From Rhodospirillales bacterium (lineage in GTDB: Bacteria; Pseudomonadota; Alphaproteobacteria; Rhodospirillales; Shumkoniaceae), in contig JACZKS010000147.1 of NCBI GenBank assembly GCA_014859895.1, positions 68,642 through 132,641 of the forward strand: a DNA stretch of 64,000 bases. The letters are read 5' to 3'. Positions 38,098 to 47,368 of this stretch are shown here, in pieces; positions within the stretch are counted from its first letter, which is position 1; each line of letters begins with the position of its first letter. The notes under the pieces are model-generated. The model saw nothing but the letters and a program-made list of their open reading frames with translations, did no database searches and was not told the DNA's origin. Both the position numbers and the translations under genes were made by a program.

Positions 38098-39613
38098 TCA
38101 TCCCGCCTTTCGCAAGGATTCCAGAAACGCGCGCAGCTTGTGCTTGCGACGATGGGTTTCGATGAGCGCGTCGAGGCGGGTGCGCCATTCGTCCCTTTTT
38201 CCCGTCGCCGCGTGGGCGCGCGCGGCCTTCTCCAACCACCGCGCCGCAAGATCATAACGGCTGGATTGCCCCTCCTCCATGATGGGGTTCGCCATGCGGA
38301 AGGCGAAGCCGATCGTCCAATCGGGATGGCGGGCGCAGGCGACATCCGCCAGTCGCATCAGCGTTCCATCATACGGGCTGAAAAAGTCGCCACGTTTGCG
38401 CTCGACGGCGGCCACGGCTTCGTCGATCAGATTCTCATCGAGAAGGATATCGAGACGGTCATGCGCATAATCGGCGTCCATAAGGCGCCTCATAAGCGCC
38501 GCGCGCATGTCCGGCCATTCCGCAGCCGTGCTCAGATCTTTCGCCGCGCAGAAATCCTCCCGGGAAAAGCTTTCCTCGAACGCCGCCCGCGCCGCCGTGA
38601 TGGCAAGGTCCGGCCGGCCTGCTGCCTGCGCCTGGACGCGCAGCCAGCGCGCGAGAGCGTGCCCGCCATGCATGCGCGCGTCCCCATTTCCCGTCTTCTC
38701 CGGCGGCAATGACAATCCCCAGACTCCAAGCTCAAAGGCCACATCGCGCCGGTTCTTCTCCAAAAGTGTTTCCGCGAGGCGCAAAACATCGTCCGGATCG
38801 CGCAACCTTGCGCGTGCTATCTCGATCGCTTCGTCAAAACGTTCGCACTTCGCCAGCATCACGGCGTGATCGCAATGCCGCCCGGCGGCCTTGGACAGGT
38901 TGAGGAAATGATCCGTGCGCCCCATGGCCTCGAGCGCGGCAAGCCGCGCCGCCGTCAGCTTGCCGTCAAGCCAATCGCATTTTCCGGCCGGCGGCCATAC
39001 GCGCGCCCGCCCAGCGAGGGCATCCCCGAGGCCCGGCTCGTCCCAGCCCTGCGCGGAAGCCGCGATGGCGACGGCAAAGGCACCGTCGGCGCCATATTCG
39101 GTGACCTCGTCCTGCCAGCCGCTCAGTTCGTCGGCGAGATCGTCGCGCGCTTCACGGGAGATCCCCTCCATCAGGACGGCCTGGGCGATCATCCGGTCGA
39201 GCACGGGGAAGAATTCATGCAGGGTTTCGTCCCAATCGGCGCATTCGGGCCAATATTCCGCCAAGGCTCCGGCGACGGGCTTCAGGATCGCCAGCGTTGG
39301 CGCCGTCGCCGGTGGAAAGAAACGGCCCGGCCTGGCCGATCAGCTCTTCGAGCGCCGCTTCATCGACACTCGAGCTCCCGTCATCCCAATGCCGCCCCCG
39401 CCGCCCGCTATGGACCGCTTCCAGCAGCGCCTCGGCGCGCCGGCGAAACGGTTCCGGATCGAGCGGTGTTCGTTTTTCCCGCGCTGCAAGCGTCACCAGT
39501 TCCGCCGTGAGCCAGAGCCGGAAATCCTCGTCAAATCCGGTGCGCTTCAGAAGAAGAGCCGCCAATGCGTCCTTGTCGAGCGCCTTGAGTTGGTCTTCGA
39601 TCCCGCCGCTCAT
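38098..39613 (-). pseudogene. Frameshifted helical-repeat protein (resembles C-terminal part of SWIM zinc-finger family proteins)
   Basis: ORF 39215-39613 (...GDGANA) continues in another frame as LAILKPVAGALAEYW into ORF 38098-39264; shift near 39294. Confidence 0.65.
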
Positions 39614-39993
39614 GAGGAAACGGCCCTGCGCCCGCGCTTGGGAGCGGGTTCGCCGGAAAGAAGCCTGCCCAGGCGCGCGGCGATCGCCGATTTCAGCGGA
39701 TCGCGCTTGACGGAGAGTTTCGGCGCAATGCGGTCGATGGCCCGTCGCGCACCGGCACGCATACCAGGCGGCCCTTTGCGAGAATATAGCGCCGTATCGG
39801 CCAGCATCTCGTGGATACCGGGCTCTGCGTCATCAAGCGCGGCCTGGCCGAGAATTTTACGGGCCAGCGTCAAATCCGCTTTCGAGAGTTTATCGACGCA
39901 AAGCTGCAAGGTTTCGTTGAATGCCTCGCGAACCGCGGGGTAGCCAATCGCCGCGATATCGACGCCGCCCGCTTTGACAAGGATCGAATCCAT
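39610..39993 (-). pseudogene. Probable truncated hypothetical protein
   Basis: MDSILVK...MLADTALYS...RRAIDR; plausible coding bias, ends in a low-complexity tail overlapping the next start. Confidence 0.4.
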
Positions 39994-40066
39994 TGAAATC
40001 CCTTCTTCACGATCGGTAAAAACCCAAGCCCGCATGAGGCTACGGGAAAAACAGGCCGCGAGCACA

Positions 40067-41185
40067 TCACAACCCTTGCAGCCGCGTGATGAATTGTCCT
40101 TTGCGCGCATGGCGCTCCCGGATAGTGCGAAGCCGGTTCGAAAAATCGGCCATGGCTCCCTGCTCCGACGCAATGGCCTTGAGGTCGGCCAATAGCGTGA
40201 CGGCACGGTCATAGCCGGAAGCGTTGCGGCGCCCGATTTCGGCTTCGATGTCCTGCCAGATGCTCGATCCCCGCCGCTTCAGCGCATCGAGGCGGGCGCG
40301 GCGGGCTTTTTCCGCCTCTTCGGCCTGGCGGCGCACTTCCGCTTCGCGCCGTTCGGCCTCGAGACGGTCGCGCGCCATGCGTATCTCCCGCGCCATCTCG
40401 CGCAACTCGCCGACGGTGCGGCGGGCGCCGCCCGGTCTGCCCGACCGCTCGCGGGCCCGCCGACGAAGTTCGGAGCCGACATGGGCATCGCCCTCCATCA
40501 GGCGCGCCAGAAGATCGGTCTTTTCCTGTTCGGAAAGCGTGGCCAGAAAGTCGCGCATCGCCTCGGGCGACAGTTCGCCGTCATCCGGGGAGACAGCAGC
40601 CGCGGCCTGAACCAGATCGGGATCGATGTCGAAGAATTCCGCCGCGGCATCGAGCGCCCCCGTCATTGGGCCGATGCCGGGCAGAGGCTCCGGCGTCTCG
40701 TCGCGCAGAAAACCATCCTCCAGCGCCGAGAGCCACAACAGATAGAACAACCGTAGGTCACCCGACAAGAGATCGCCGCGCAAGGGGGCAAGGGCGGCGA
40801 GCCACCCGGCGCCGTCGTCCCATTGATCGTCGTCCGGCTCGACTTCGTCCCGGCAGATGTCGATGATCAGATGAGGGGCCGAGATCCATGTCTTTACCCA
40901 GTCGACCTCGTTCAGGAAGTCCGCAAGCCCTCCGCGATCGACAAGGCGCTCGGGGACACGGATCATGAGCCGTCGAGTTCCCCAATTGGCGAAATAGAGG
41001 TGGAGGTCGAAACAGCTCTCCATCAGCCGCCTGGGATCACCCTTGAAGTCGCCCCATTCGTAATGGTTTGAAAAACTCGTTGCCGTGATGCGCCCACGCG
41101 AGGAAATGGAACGCAACATTTCCTGTTCGCCGCGCGCCAGAGGGCGATCGATCGCCTGGAATTCGTAATATTGATACTCGCTCAT
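40067..41185 (-). CDS. Conserved hypothetical protein (MSEYQYYEF family)
   Basis: MSEYQYYEFQAIDRPL...ISSRGRIT...YEWGDFKGDP...FDLHLYFANWGTRRLMIR, then a charged coiled-coil C-terminus. Confidence 0.75.
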   Translation of the reverse strand: MSEYQYYEFQAIDRPLARGEQEMLRSISSRGRITATSFSNHYEWGDFKGDPRRLMESCFDLHLYFANWGTRRLMIRVPERLVDRGGLADFLNEVDWVKTWISAPHLIIDICRDEVEPDDDQWDDGAGWLAALAPLRGDLLSGDLRLFYLLWLSALEDGFLRDETPEPLPGIGPMTGALDAAAEFFDIDPDLVQAAAAVSPDDGELSPEAMRDFLATLSEQEKTDLLARLMEGDAHVGSELRRRARERSGRPGGARRTVGELREMAREIRMARDRLEAERREAEVRRQAEEAEKARRARLDALKRRGSSIWQDIEAEIGRRNASGYDRAVTLLADLKAIASEQGAMADFSNRLRTIRERHARKGQFITRLQGL

Positions 41186-41353
41186 CGGAACAGATTCTCC
41201 CGCGGATCAGGAAAGTGGAACCGACGCGTGGTGCTCGTGCCAACCCGACATCATCGCGCCGCTGCACCGGGTCAGTCGGGGGGTTATGGCGTAGACGCGC
41301 AGGCTGACCGGCCTGTCATGTTTGTCTATCAAATGCATCTCGGCCATGAGGGC

Positions 41354-41638
41354 TCAAACGAGGCTGACCGACAGATGCTTGCCGACAGCCGAGGCAGCCC
41401 GGACCAGCGTGTCGAGCTGGATGCGGTCGTTGTTCGGATCAAGCAACCGGCCAAGCTGCGTGGCGCTGGTTTTCATGCGGCGGGCCATCTCCGATTTGGA
41501 GATGTTCTGCGCCGCCATCTCCTGCTCGATCTGAAGCGCCAACGTGCGCTTGATGGCGGTCGCGGTGACCTCCTCGTAAATGCCCTCGTCGCGCAGGAAG
41601 CTCTCGAAGCTTTCTCCGATCTGTGGGTTCTTAGCCAT
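41354..41638 (-). CDS. XRE-family HTH antitoxin (HigA-like)
   Basis: IGESFESFLRDEG, SKSEMARRMKTSATQLGRLLDP and TLVRAASAVGK; overlaps the toxin stop. Confidence 0.85.
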   Translation of the reverse strand: MAKNPQIGESFESFLRDEGIYEEVTATAIKRTLALQIEQEMAAQNISKSEMARRMKTSATQLGRLLDPNNDRIQLDTLVRAASAVGKHLSVSLV

Positions 41639-41891
41639 GGCGCTGCACCTCCTTCATGCGTGCGATCCGGCCCGACGATATATTGGAGCGGACTTCGTAG
41701 AGCCCCTTGACGCCACGGATGGGCGAGCATTTGGGCTTGCCGATGGGCCAGCTAAATTCCAGCGTGGCGATATCCTCGCCGATGGATTTGCGGTCCTGCG
41801 GCGTCAGTTCCATGAGCCAGTCCCTTACCGGCCGCTTGCCTGTGTCGGTCACAAAGAAGGCGGCCTGCAAAACCTTTCTGGGTTGGCTCAT
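41631..41891 (-). pseudogene. RelE/ParE (Gp49-like) toxin with in-frame internal deletion
   Basis: PVRDWLMEL...EFSWPIG.P...GLYEVRS...GRIAR joins directly to MKEVQRHG; the usual VLF...LHGFIKKTQKTP segment is missing. Confidence 0.75.
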
Positions 41892-41929
41892 TCCTCACTC
41901 TTACCTTGCAAGGTATACCTTTTACGGTT

Positions 41930-42297
41930 AAGCGTCAGCCTCATCGTGCCGCGGGAGTCCGATGGCGGCTCTCCCCGCCTTTGCCGGAGGGCAAGAACGC
42001 TGCCGGCACACAGATCCGATAGACCGGCCGCTGACCAAAGCAGTAGCCCGCGCTCACAGATGGTTCAACGACGTGCTTGCTGGGCGTGCCAAATCCTTTG
42101 CCGCCATCGCTCAAGCGGAAGGCATGAGCGACCGGTATGTCGGGCGCCTCTTGCCGCTGGCCTTCCTCGCCCCCGACATCGTCGAGTCCATTCTCGCTGG
42201 AAACCAGCCTGTCGACCTCACCGCGGAAGTCCTGCTCAGGCGCACCGACCTGCCGCTTGCCTGGACCGACCAGAAGGCCCTGCTGGGGTTCGCCTGA
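41930..42297 (+). pseudogene. C-terminal fragment of a large serine recombinase-associated protein of tRNA-targeting islands
   Basis: AVARAHRW...GMSDRYVGRLLPLAFLAPDIVESILAG.QP...LPLAW..Q..LLGF; N-terminus absent. Confidence 0.7.
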
Positions 42298-42495
42298 GTC
42301 CCCTCAAACCCCCACCAACCCGAACCATCCGGCCAGCCCGCGGAGAAAATGGAGCCCCGGCACCCACCGTCAGGTCCACACGATCCTTCTCCGGTTCGGG
42401 AAGAGACGAAAGCCCCTGCAAAGCCCCGCGGAAAGCCGGGGAAATTTCCGTCGCCCCGGATTCTTATGGGAAATTATCCGAAATCGGAAAGTTAG

Positions 42496-42509
42496 TGGCG
42501 GAGGGGGTG
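42496..42509 (+). repeat. Distal att site: 14-bp copy of the tRNA-Ser 3' end (TGGCGGAGGGGGTG)
   Basis: Exact match to 60789-60802. Confidence 0.9.
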
Positions 42510-42598
42510 TCCGCCGTACATATGATTTCCTATGTCCATGCCTATCCACTAACGTTTAGCTAACGATTGGAATTTCAAGCACAATTTCCCGTTAGCGT

Positions 42599-42628
42599 TT
42601 GCCCCCATCCGTAGCCGTGTGCTACAAT
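42599..42628 (+). promoter_or_regulatory. Putative sigma70 promoter of integrase 1
   Basis: TTGCCC-18 nt-TACAAT with an extended -10 TG. Confidence 0.4.
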
Positions 42629-42664
42629 CCACGCTCCATTTGTGGGTTTCTTAGTGGGTAGAAA

Positions 42665-43900
42665 ATGGGTCGGCAAATTTCAAAATTGTCTGCTTTAGCG
42701 GTATTGAGGGAGAAAAAGCCGGGCCTATACTCGGACGGTGGAGGGCTCTACCTGCAGGTGTCGGACGCCGGCGCGAAATCGTGGATCTTCCGATTTATGC
42801 TCGACGGCCGGGCTCGGCAGATGGGCCTCGGCTCGCTACGTGCCGTTTCCCTTTCCCAGGCCAGGGACAAGGCTAGGGACGCTCTGAACCTGTGTAGCGA
42901 TGGCGTCGATCCAATCGACCATCGCAAAGCCACCCGCGCCAGTGCCCGATTCGAGGCAGCAAAGGCGATCACCTTCAAGAAGGCGGCAACCGATTACATC
43001 GCTGCCCACAAGACGGGATGGAGCAACGAGAAGCATGCGGCACAGTGGACCGCCACGCTTGAGAGCTACGTCTACCCGATCTTTGGCGACACTTCCGTTC
43101 ACGAGGTAGACGTCGCTCTGGTCATGAAGGTGTTGGAACCAATCTGGGCCAAGAAGCCAGAAACAGCCACGCGGGTGCGGGGCAGGATCGAATCCGTCCT
43201 CGATTGGGCAACCGCACGCGGCTACCGCAGGGGCGAAAACCCCGCCCGTTGGCGTGGCCATCTCTCAAACCTTCTGCCCAAGCGGTCGCGAGTCCAGACG
43301 GTAAAGCACCATCCGGCGCTGCCTTATGCCGACATCGGCGGGTTCATGGCGGATCTTCGCGCCCAAGGGGGCATAGCGGCCAGTGCGCTGCAGTTTCTGA
43401 TCCTAACGGCTGCCAGGACGGGTGAAGTGATTGGAGCTCGCTGCGCGGAAATTGGCGATACCGTCTGGACCGTCCCAGCTGATCGCACCAAGACGAAGAC
43501 GGAGCATCGGGTGCCACTTTCCGCGCGCGCATTGGAAATCCTCGCCGAGATGAAGATGCTGGGCGCAGGCCGGTACAATTTCGCGTTCCCCGGGGCCAGG
43601 AAGGGAAAGCACCTATCCAACATGGCGATGCTGAAGCTCTTGCGGCGCATGGGGCGTGATGATCTGACCGTACACGGCTTCCGATCGACCTTCAGGGATT
43701 GGGCAGCCGAGATGACGGGTTACCCGCGCGAAGTTGCGGAGATGGCGCTGGGCCACGCCGTCGGAGACAAGGTCGAGGCCGCTTATCGCCGCGGCGACCT
43801 GTTCAAGAAGCGGCGCCGGCTCATGGATGATTGGGCTCGGTACTGCGGCGCCGTGAAGGCGTCCGGTAAGGTCGTGCCGATGCGGGCCAAGGCCGGTTGA
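42665..43900 (+). CDS. P4/CP4-type tyrosine integrase (integrase 1)
   Basis: Arm-binding N-domain (DGGGLYLQVS...KSW, MGLGS); catalytic R (ARTGE), HGFR, LGH and Y (AAYRRG) intact. Confidence 0.95.
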   Translation: MGRQISKLSALAVLREKKPGLYSDGGGLYLQVSDAGAKSWIFRFMLDGRARQMGLGSLRAVSLSQARDKARDALNLCSDGVDPIDHRKATRASARFEAAKAITFKKAATDYIAAHKTGWSNEKHAAQWTATLESYVYPIFGDTSVHEVDVALVMKVLEPIWAKKPETATRVRGRIESVLDWATARGYRRGENPARWRGHLSNLLPKRSRVQTVKHHPALPYADIGGFMADLRAQGGIAASALQFLILTAARTGEVIGARCAEIGDTVWTVPADRTKTKTEHRVPLSARALEILAEMKMLGAGRYNFAFPGARKGKHLSNMAMLKLLRRMGRDDLTVHGFRSTFRDWAAEMTGYPREVAEMALGHAVGDKVEAAYRRGDLFKKRRRLMDDWARYCGAVKASGKVVPMRAKAG

Positions 43901-43988
43901 TGGTTCGACGGGGATAGGGTCGCTCCCGACAAGGCCGGTACCGCACCGGCTTTCCCCGTCGATTTTATGCGGCGTGTCAAGCGGAGGC

Positions 43989-44315
43989 ATGATGTTCATT
44001 CTGGATGGTTACTGTAGTTTCAAGGATGCCATCGACAGGCTTGGGCGGGCCAAATTTCCGAACGAGTGGACGGGAGAGGAGTTCGATGCCGAACTGTTGC
44101 CCATCCCCTCCGAACGGGCAGGGCGGCTCGAGAGGGAGTTGGACGAGCTCTGCGGGCCATCGGAGAGGAGCCCCCATAGGTCCGGATCTAGATTGCTCTG
44201 CCCTAAAACACGGGCCGAGCTTTGGGCCGAACACAGCGTTCCGAAATACAAGGCTCAGCCTGTGGAGGGTCCCAACATCATCGAGCATTTCCCGAAGCCG
44301 GCCATGGGCGCCTAG
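43989..44315 (+). CDS. Hypothetical protein
   Basis: GGAGG RBS before ATG 43989; sits between the integrase and the next gene. Confidence 0.55.
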   Translation: MMFILDGYCSFKDAIDRLGRAKFPNEWTGEEFDAELLPIPSERAGRLERELDELCGPSERSPHRSGSRLLCPKTRAELWAEHSVPKYKAQPVEGPNIIEHFPKPAMGA

Positions 44316-44317
44316 CC

Positions 44318-44899
44318 ATGGTCAAGGGCGGAGAAAAGGCCAGTGAGCTGCATGCGAAGCTTCTGGACGAGATGGGGGTCGACGCCGGCCCTGAGACCCT
44401 TCAACGTGACTTGGACGCGGCCCGGGAGTTCTACTTGAAGGAAGGTGCCCGGTGGCACGCCTTCACGGCGTTGAAGCTTGTGGCCAATCAGATCCTTCAG
44501 CAATCGCCGGATCCAGCAGGCGATTTTGACGGCGTGCCACCGGAGACGCCGGTTTCTGTTCCTTGGTGGGCGGTTCGTGCGGCCTACCTAGCTTGGATGA
44601 CATGGGAGAATGGGGAGTGTGGTCGAGCAGACAAGATTTCGCTCGGTCAAGCGTTTGGGGTCGAACGCATGGGCCAAGGTCAACGTTCAAGCTGGGAAGA
44701 ATCGGAAAAGAACGAGCGGCAAATGCGGATCGCGACTTTGGTTGCCGAGAAAATTGGCTGCGGTTCGCGCCCAATGCCCATTGATTATGCGCTGGATTTC
44801 GTTGCGATAGACCTTGATGTTGAGAAATCGATGGTGCGGGAGGCGTGGCGGGAGTTTGGCGGACGGGCCTTGGAGGCCCTAAGACGGGCTGGAAGATAA
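44318..44899 (+). CDS. Hypothetical protein, possible C-terminal HTH
   Basis: ATG 2 nt after the previous stop; IDYALDFVAIDLDVEKSMVREAW resembles an HTH. Confidence 0.6.
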   Translation: MVKGGEKASELHAKLLDEMGVDAGPETLQRDLDAAREFYLKEGARWHAFTALKLVANQILQQSPDPAGDFDGVPPETPVSVPWWAVRAAYLAWMTWENGECGRADKISLGQAFGVERMGQGQRSSWEESEKNERQMRIATLVAEKIGCGSRPMPIDYALDFVAIDLDVEKSMVREAWREFGGRALEALRRAGR

Positions 44900-45014
44900 A
44901 CCCGTTTAAAACCCAGAGCCTCTTGCGTGCAATTCCCAAACGCACGTGAATAATAACGGTCGCCTTATTCGAGGCGGCCAATTGGGGTCGCCTCAGAGTG
45001 CAGGAGACCCCAGA

Positions 45015-45242
45015 ATGTTCAAAACAAACTTAGCGCGTCAGGACGAGCCTGTAATCGATGGGCTTGCTGATCGCATCCTCGCGCCCATCCCAACCGCAGC
45101 CAGAGCACTCGGTATCGGCCGGACGCGCATGTACCAGATCATCGATGCCGGCAACGTCGAAAGCGTCAAGCTCGGCAAGCGCCACCTGGTCGTCGTGGAA
45201 TCGCTCCACGCATATGCGGATCGCCTGCGCGCCAAGGCCTAA
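45015..45242 (+). CDS. Excisionase/AlpA-like HTH DNA-binding protein
   Basis: IPTAARALGIGRTRMYQIIDAGNVESVKLGKRHLV. Confidence 0.88.
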   Translation: MFKTNLARQDEPVIDGLADRILAPIPTAARALGIGRTRMYQIIDAGNVESVKLGKRHLVVVESLHAYADRLRAKA

Positions 45243-45346
45243 GGCTGACCATCACCGTCGCCGTCGCCCAGGGCGTCGGTAACAGCATCACCTTCATTAT
45301 CACCTGCTTCGCGCTGCCCCACCCCTTACCTGACGGAGATTGCACC

Positions 45347-46411
45347 ATGGCCACCAACACCCTCGACCCCCGCAAGAGTTTCACCTCGACTCGGTTCAAG
45401 ACCTCGCGCTTCCCCGGGTTCGTGTCCCAGACCCTGGACACCACCGGCAACGTCGAGGAGGAGCCGGCCGCGGTCGCGTCCCCGCTACGTGGCGTCGGGC
45501 TTGGCCTTTCCACCGAGAGCGACGGGCCCGGTACCGATCCGGTTGGGAAGCAGTACACCGACATGAACCGTGACGAGATCGACAGGGAATATGAGAACCG
45601 CGCCCTCAATCAGGCCATGTTCGGGATCGGCATGCCGACGAACGCGGAGGAGCTGGGAAAGAAGGCTGTCGGGGTCTTGGCGAGTGCAACTCCTGTCGGC
45701 GCGATCGGTCCTTTGTCCAGGGGCCTTGATTATTTCACGAAGGAAGAACTGGACCGTGCCGAGCAGGCACTGTCGAAGCAAGAACTGAAGCGCGCCGCAG
45801 GAATTGCGGGAACACCGAATGCGGACAGGGACTTTGACCCCAGCGACATGACCGGTCTCGGCGTGACGGATTACGACAGGGCCGCCATCGAAGGTGATCC
45901 CACCGCGCGAGGCTACAACACGCCGCAACCCGACTACAGCGGTTCCGACGAAGCCGGCCCCAGTGTCGGGGACCCCAACGCGGGCACAACCACCGACACC
46001 GACGACAGCGGCCGTGGTGCCCAGGGTCCCAGCGAGGCCGATAGCGGTGGCACCTCGGCGAACTCCGACAACAGCCATGGCGGCAGCTCGGAGGGCCATG
46101 GCGGAGACCCGTCGACCTACCGCATGGGAGGCCCGATCCCCAACAGGGGTTCGCCAGAGATCGAACCGGTCCGCATCACCGCTCACGAAACCGAGCACGT
46201 CATGAACCCGGAGACGGTGCAGTTCTGGGGCCAGGACGTACTGGACGCCATGGGGGCCGTTGCCGAAGGCGTCGCCACGCCCGAGCAGGTCCAGCTCCTG
46301 CGCCAGATGATCAATCGGGGCCCCGCGGAATCGATATTGGAGGATCGGCCCAACCCGATGCAGGCCATGGGCTCGCCCCTGCGCGCCGCCGGGCGCGGCT
46401 ATCTCCAATAA
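45347..46411 (+). CDS. Acidic low-complexity protein with a tape-measure C-terminal-like motif
   Basis: GGAG RBS; D/S/G/T-rich linker followed by YRMGG...ITAHETEHVMNPETVQFWGQDVLDAM. Confidence 0.65.
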   Translation: MATNTLDPRKSFTSTRFKTSRFPGFVSQTLDTTGNVEEEPAAVASPLRGVGLGLSTESDGPGTDPVGKQYTDMNRDEIDREYENRALNQAMFGIGMPTNAEELGKKAVGVLASATPVGAIGPLSRGLDYFTKEELDRAEQALSKQELKRAAGIAGTPNADRDFDPSDMTGLGVTDYDRAAIEGDPTARGYNTPQPDYSGSDEAGPSVGDPNAGTTTDTDDSGRGAQGPSEADSGGTSANSDNSHGGSSEGHGGDPSTYRMGGPIPNRGSPEIEPVRITAHETEHVMNPETVQFWGQDVLDAMGAVAEGVATPEQVQLLRQMINRGPAESILEDRPNPMQAMGSPLRAAGRGYLQ

Positions 46412-46434
46412 CCACCGGCCGGAGGGTGTGCCCG

Positions 46435-46917
46435 ATGGCGACGACAAATCCGATATCGGAGAACGCTTACCTGCGCCTCTGCGACGGCTGGGCGCTCGGG
46501 TACGACAAAAACCAGTGGATCGTCCTGCGAGCCAAAAAGCGCGGAGATGAGACGTATTGGAACGCTGTGGGCTACATCGCCTCTACCAAGACGTTTCTCT
46601 GCCGTTATCTCCGCGAAAAAGGGGTCCAGATTTCAGACGGGGCTCAACAGGTCATCGACAACATGCCCGAGCGGTTCCTCGATTGGATCGCTGAGGTTCC
46701 GAACGGAGAAACTGTTGTCGATAGCCCCCGGCACCTCGCGGGTGACGCAGACGACGACAGCGACAACTCGCCTTATCCCCGCTCCGCAAAGGAAAGCGCC
46801 GACCGGGTGCAAACCGATCGGCGCCGAAATCTTTTAGCTATTCGCAACTCCCGGCCAGGAGAATCACGATGCGAACTTCTTACACCAAATCGACAACTTC
46901 CGCAACGTCGCCCCTGA
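46435..46917 (+). CDS. Hypothetical protein
   Basis: GGAGG RBS; globular N-terminal part (WALGYDKNQWIV...YWNAVGYIAS). Confidence 0.6.
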   Translation: MATTNPISENAYLRLCDGWALGYDKNQWIVLRAKKRGDETYWNAVGYIASTKTFLCRYLREKGVQISDGAQQVIDNMPERFLDWIAEVPNGETVVDSPRHLAGDADDDSDNSPYPRSAKESADRVQTDRRRNLLAIRNSRPGESRCELLTPNRQLPQRRP

Positions 46918-47144
46918 AGCTCGGCCGCCTGCCAAGCGATTCAAGCGATCCTTTCCACCTTCACGACAAAGCCAAGTTCGCCAAGCGCGCGCTCGAGGCC
47001 CTGAGCAAGTCCGCGTTCGAGGCCGGGGACCCGCAGACGATGCGTGCGGCAGGACAGGGCATTGTGCAGATCAACGAGCTGGCGTTGATGCACGGCTGGT
47101 GGGGCGCGCCCCTTCCTCGCAAGCGGGTACCGCAGGCATCGTGA
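46869..47144 (+). CDS. Hypothetical protein
   Basis: GGAG RBS; stop coupled (TGATG) to the next gene. Confidence 0.55.
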   Translation: MRTSYTKSTTSATSPLKLGRLPSDSSDPFHLHDKAKFAKRALEALSKSAFEAGDPQTMRAAGQGIVQINELALMHGWWGAPLPRKRVPQAS

Positions 47145-47368
47145 TGATCCGCCCCGAAGCCTTGAACGTTCTTCGCCTGCCGGTGACGCCAAAGGGTCGC
47201 CGGTGGCTGCGCGAGGCCGTGGTGCTTCTCCGAGGTTGGACCTTTCCGAACGGCGAACGGATCGAATTCTTCGATTGGGACCGGTTAGCTGAGTGCGGCG
47301 ATCTGGAACAATCCCGATGCCCCCAGGTGGCCGATGAGGCGCCGGCGCTCCAAAGGAGGCGGGGATGA
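47144..47368 (+). CDS. Hypothetical protein
   Basis: TGATG coupling upstream and ATGA coupling downstream. Confidence 0.5.
   Translation: MIRPEALNVLRLPVTPKGRRWLREAVVLLRGWTFPNGERIEFFDWDRLAECGDLEQSRCPQVADEAPALQRRRG

Larger units (their letters stand above)
36135..42495. mobile_element. Decayed genomic island remnant distal to tRNA-Ser; left boundary approximate
   Basis: At least four pseudogenes, TA remnants, a GIY-YIG gene and a recombinase fragment ending next to the att repeat. Confidence 0.6.
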
